Shown here one piece after another: positions 62,650-64,000 of a stretch of DNA of 64,000 bases. Position numbers and translations under genes: made by a program. The notes under the pieces are model-generated. The model saw only the letters and a list, made by a program, of their open reading frames with translations. It ran no database searches and had not been told where the DNA came from. Source of the stretch: Pseudogymnoascus verrucosus (lineage: Eukaryota); the NCBI GenBank assembly GCA_001662655.1, contig KV460280.1; one strand, given 5' to 3'. The first letter of the stretch is position 1. The number at the start of each line of letters is the position of its first letter.

Positions 62650-64000
62650 ATGTCGGCTGGAAACTTGCTCGATCTCCTGGTTCGGGCTGCCCAAAATGGC
62701 CCAGAAAGGGGCATTATGGTATATGACACCGCCGAAAACGAACATAACCCGTCGTTCATGACCTACGAGGCTCTCTTATCCCTGGCCAAACAGATGTCGA
62801 TGAACCTAAGGCAGCTGGCCGACGTGGAGGGTAAAGTGGTGTTGATGTACTTCTCGGACCATCTGGACAATATTAAATGGTTTTGGGCCATTATCGCTGC
62901 TGGGGCTGTGCCATGTATCTGTCCTCCTCTTTCTAACGATTCGGTAATTCGATTGGATAGCGTTACGCATTTGAGAAAGCTCTTAAATGAGCCACTTATT
63001 ATCACGTCCAAGGCTCTGGCTGCAGAGTTTAAGGGCCTGCATTGCCCTTTGGTATTGTCAACGAGTAAGTCCTATATTCTTCTAAAGGATATATGGTCGA
63101 CCAATAAGTCTCTACCTTCTGTTCATTGGTTAACGTGTTATTTTCTTCAGGCGATATTGAATATACGGAATTCGTATTCCAATATAAAGAGGCGACTATA
63201 AAGAATCCGGACCTGGCTGTTCTCATGTTGACATCTGGGAGCACCGGCAGCTCCAAAGCAGTCTGTTTAAAATATGGGCAGATCCTAGCGTCGGTGAGAG
63301 CGAAAAGCGTACAGCATGACACTAGTCGGAGGGATATCTTTCTTAACTGGGTTGGGATTGACCACGTTGCGAACCTCACTGACAACCATCTTCATGCCGT
63401 CAGCTTGGCTGCGCAGCAGTTCCACGTCAATGGGCCGGCGCTTCTTGCCCACCCATTACGCTTTCTTGAATGTATCAGTAATAACAAGATCACAATTACC
63501 TTTGCGCCCAACTTCTTCCTCGCGCTCTTGGTTCGCAACTTTGAAGCTGCCAATCAGTTGACGAACGGGCATCGAACCGAGAAGTCGACTCCGGATTTTG
63601 ATCTTTCCTCTCTACGTGCAGTGCTTTCCGGTGGCGAGTCCAACGTTGTCGATACATGCGATAAACTGACCCGGCTTTTATCGCAATACGGTGCTCCCAT
63701 AAATCTCATCAGGCCCGGCTTCGGAATGACAGAGACTTGTGCAGGCTGCATTCATAACGTCGTCGATTGTCCGCAGTACGACATCGAACATGGTGTCGAG
63801 TTTTGTGCGCTTGGTGAGGCGAACCAAGCAACCAATATGAGAATCACCCTTCAGGACGGAACCAATGCGAGCGTAAACGAGATCGGATCACTCGAGGTGT
63901 CCGGTCCGTCTATATTCAGTGGTTATTACAACGATGTGAAGGCCACAAAGGAAGCATTCACACCTGATGGGTGGTTTAAGACTGGAGATTTAGGATTGCT
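62650..64000 (+). CDS. NRPS-like enzyme, adenylation domain (alpha-keto-acid-dimerising A-T-TE type likely), truncated by the window end
   Basis: MSAGNLLDLL start, LTSGSTGSSKAV, NWVGIDHVANL, FAPNFFL, SGGE, PGFGMTETCAG, WFKTGDLG. Confidence 0.85.

Overview
Genomic DNA of a filamentous ascomycete, with many short GT-AG introns and CTAAC/CTGAC branch points. Gene models were spliced by hand, so exon borders are approximate. The left end (0.6-11.7 kb) has a WKF-domain gene head-to-head with proteasome alpha-1, a small hypothetical gene, and one large secreted GH18 chitinase with several hevein/CBM18 modules and a long uncharacterised C-terminal extension. From about 12.6 to 61 kb there is an unbroken run of 23 catabolic, transport and regulatory genes with no housekeeping gene: 2 Zn-ADH, 2 SDR, 2 ALDH (one SSADH-type), 2 4CL-like acyl-CoA ligases, EthD, DUF1446/AtuA, old yellow enzyme, enoyl-CoA hydratase, NMO/FabK-family flavoenzyme, thiolase-like protein, Baeyer-Villiger monooxygenase, metallo-beta-lactamase-fold hydrolase, 3 MFS transporters, 2 Zn2Cys6 factors and 1 bZIP. 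Main observations: (1) this block is bracketed by a diverged direct repeat (11772-12294 vs 61156-61394); (2) five consecutive promoters share an extended AP-1-like motif TGGCnTGACTCA, and two more share AGGCATGAGTAATG, next to an in-cluster bZIP gene; (3) five enzymes end in PTS1-type tripeptides and suggest a peroxisomal CoA pathway lacking the classical dehydrogenases and a canonical thiolase. A degenerate 28S rRNA fragment containing the sarcin-ricin loop sits at 43.7 kb, and a perfect 40-bp-arm hairpin precedes an NRPS-like gene cut off by the window end. The substrate of the cluster cannot be read from the sequence.
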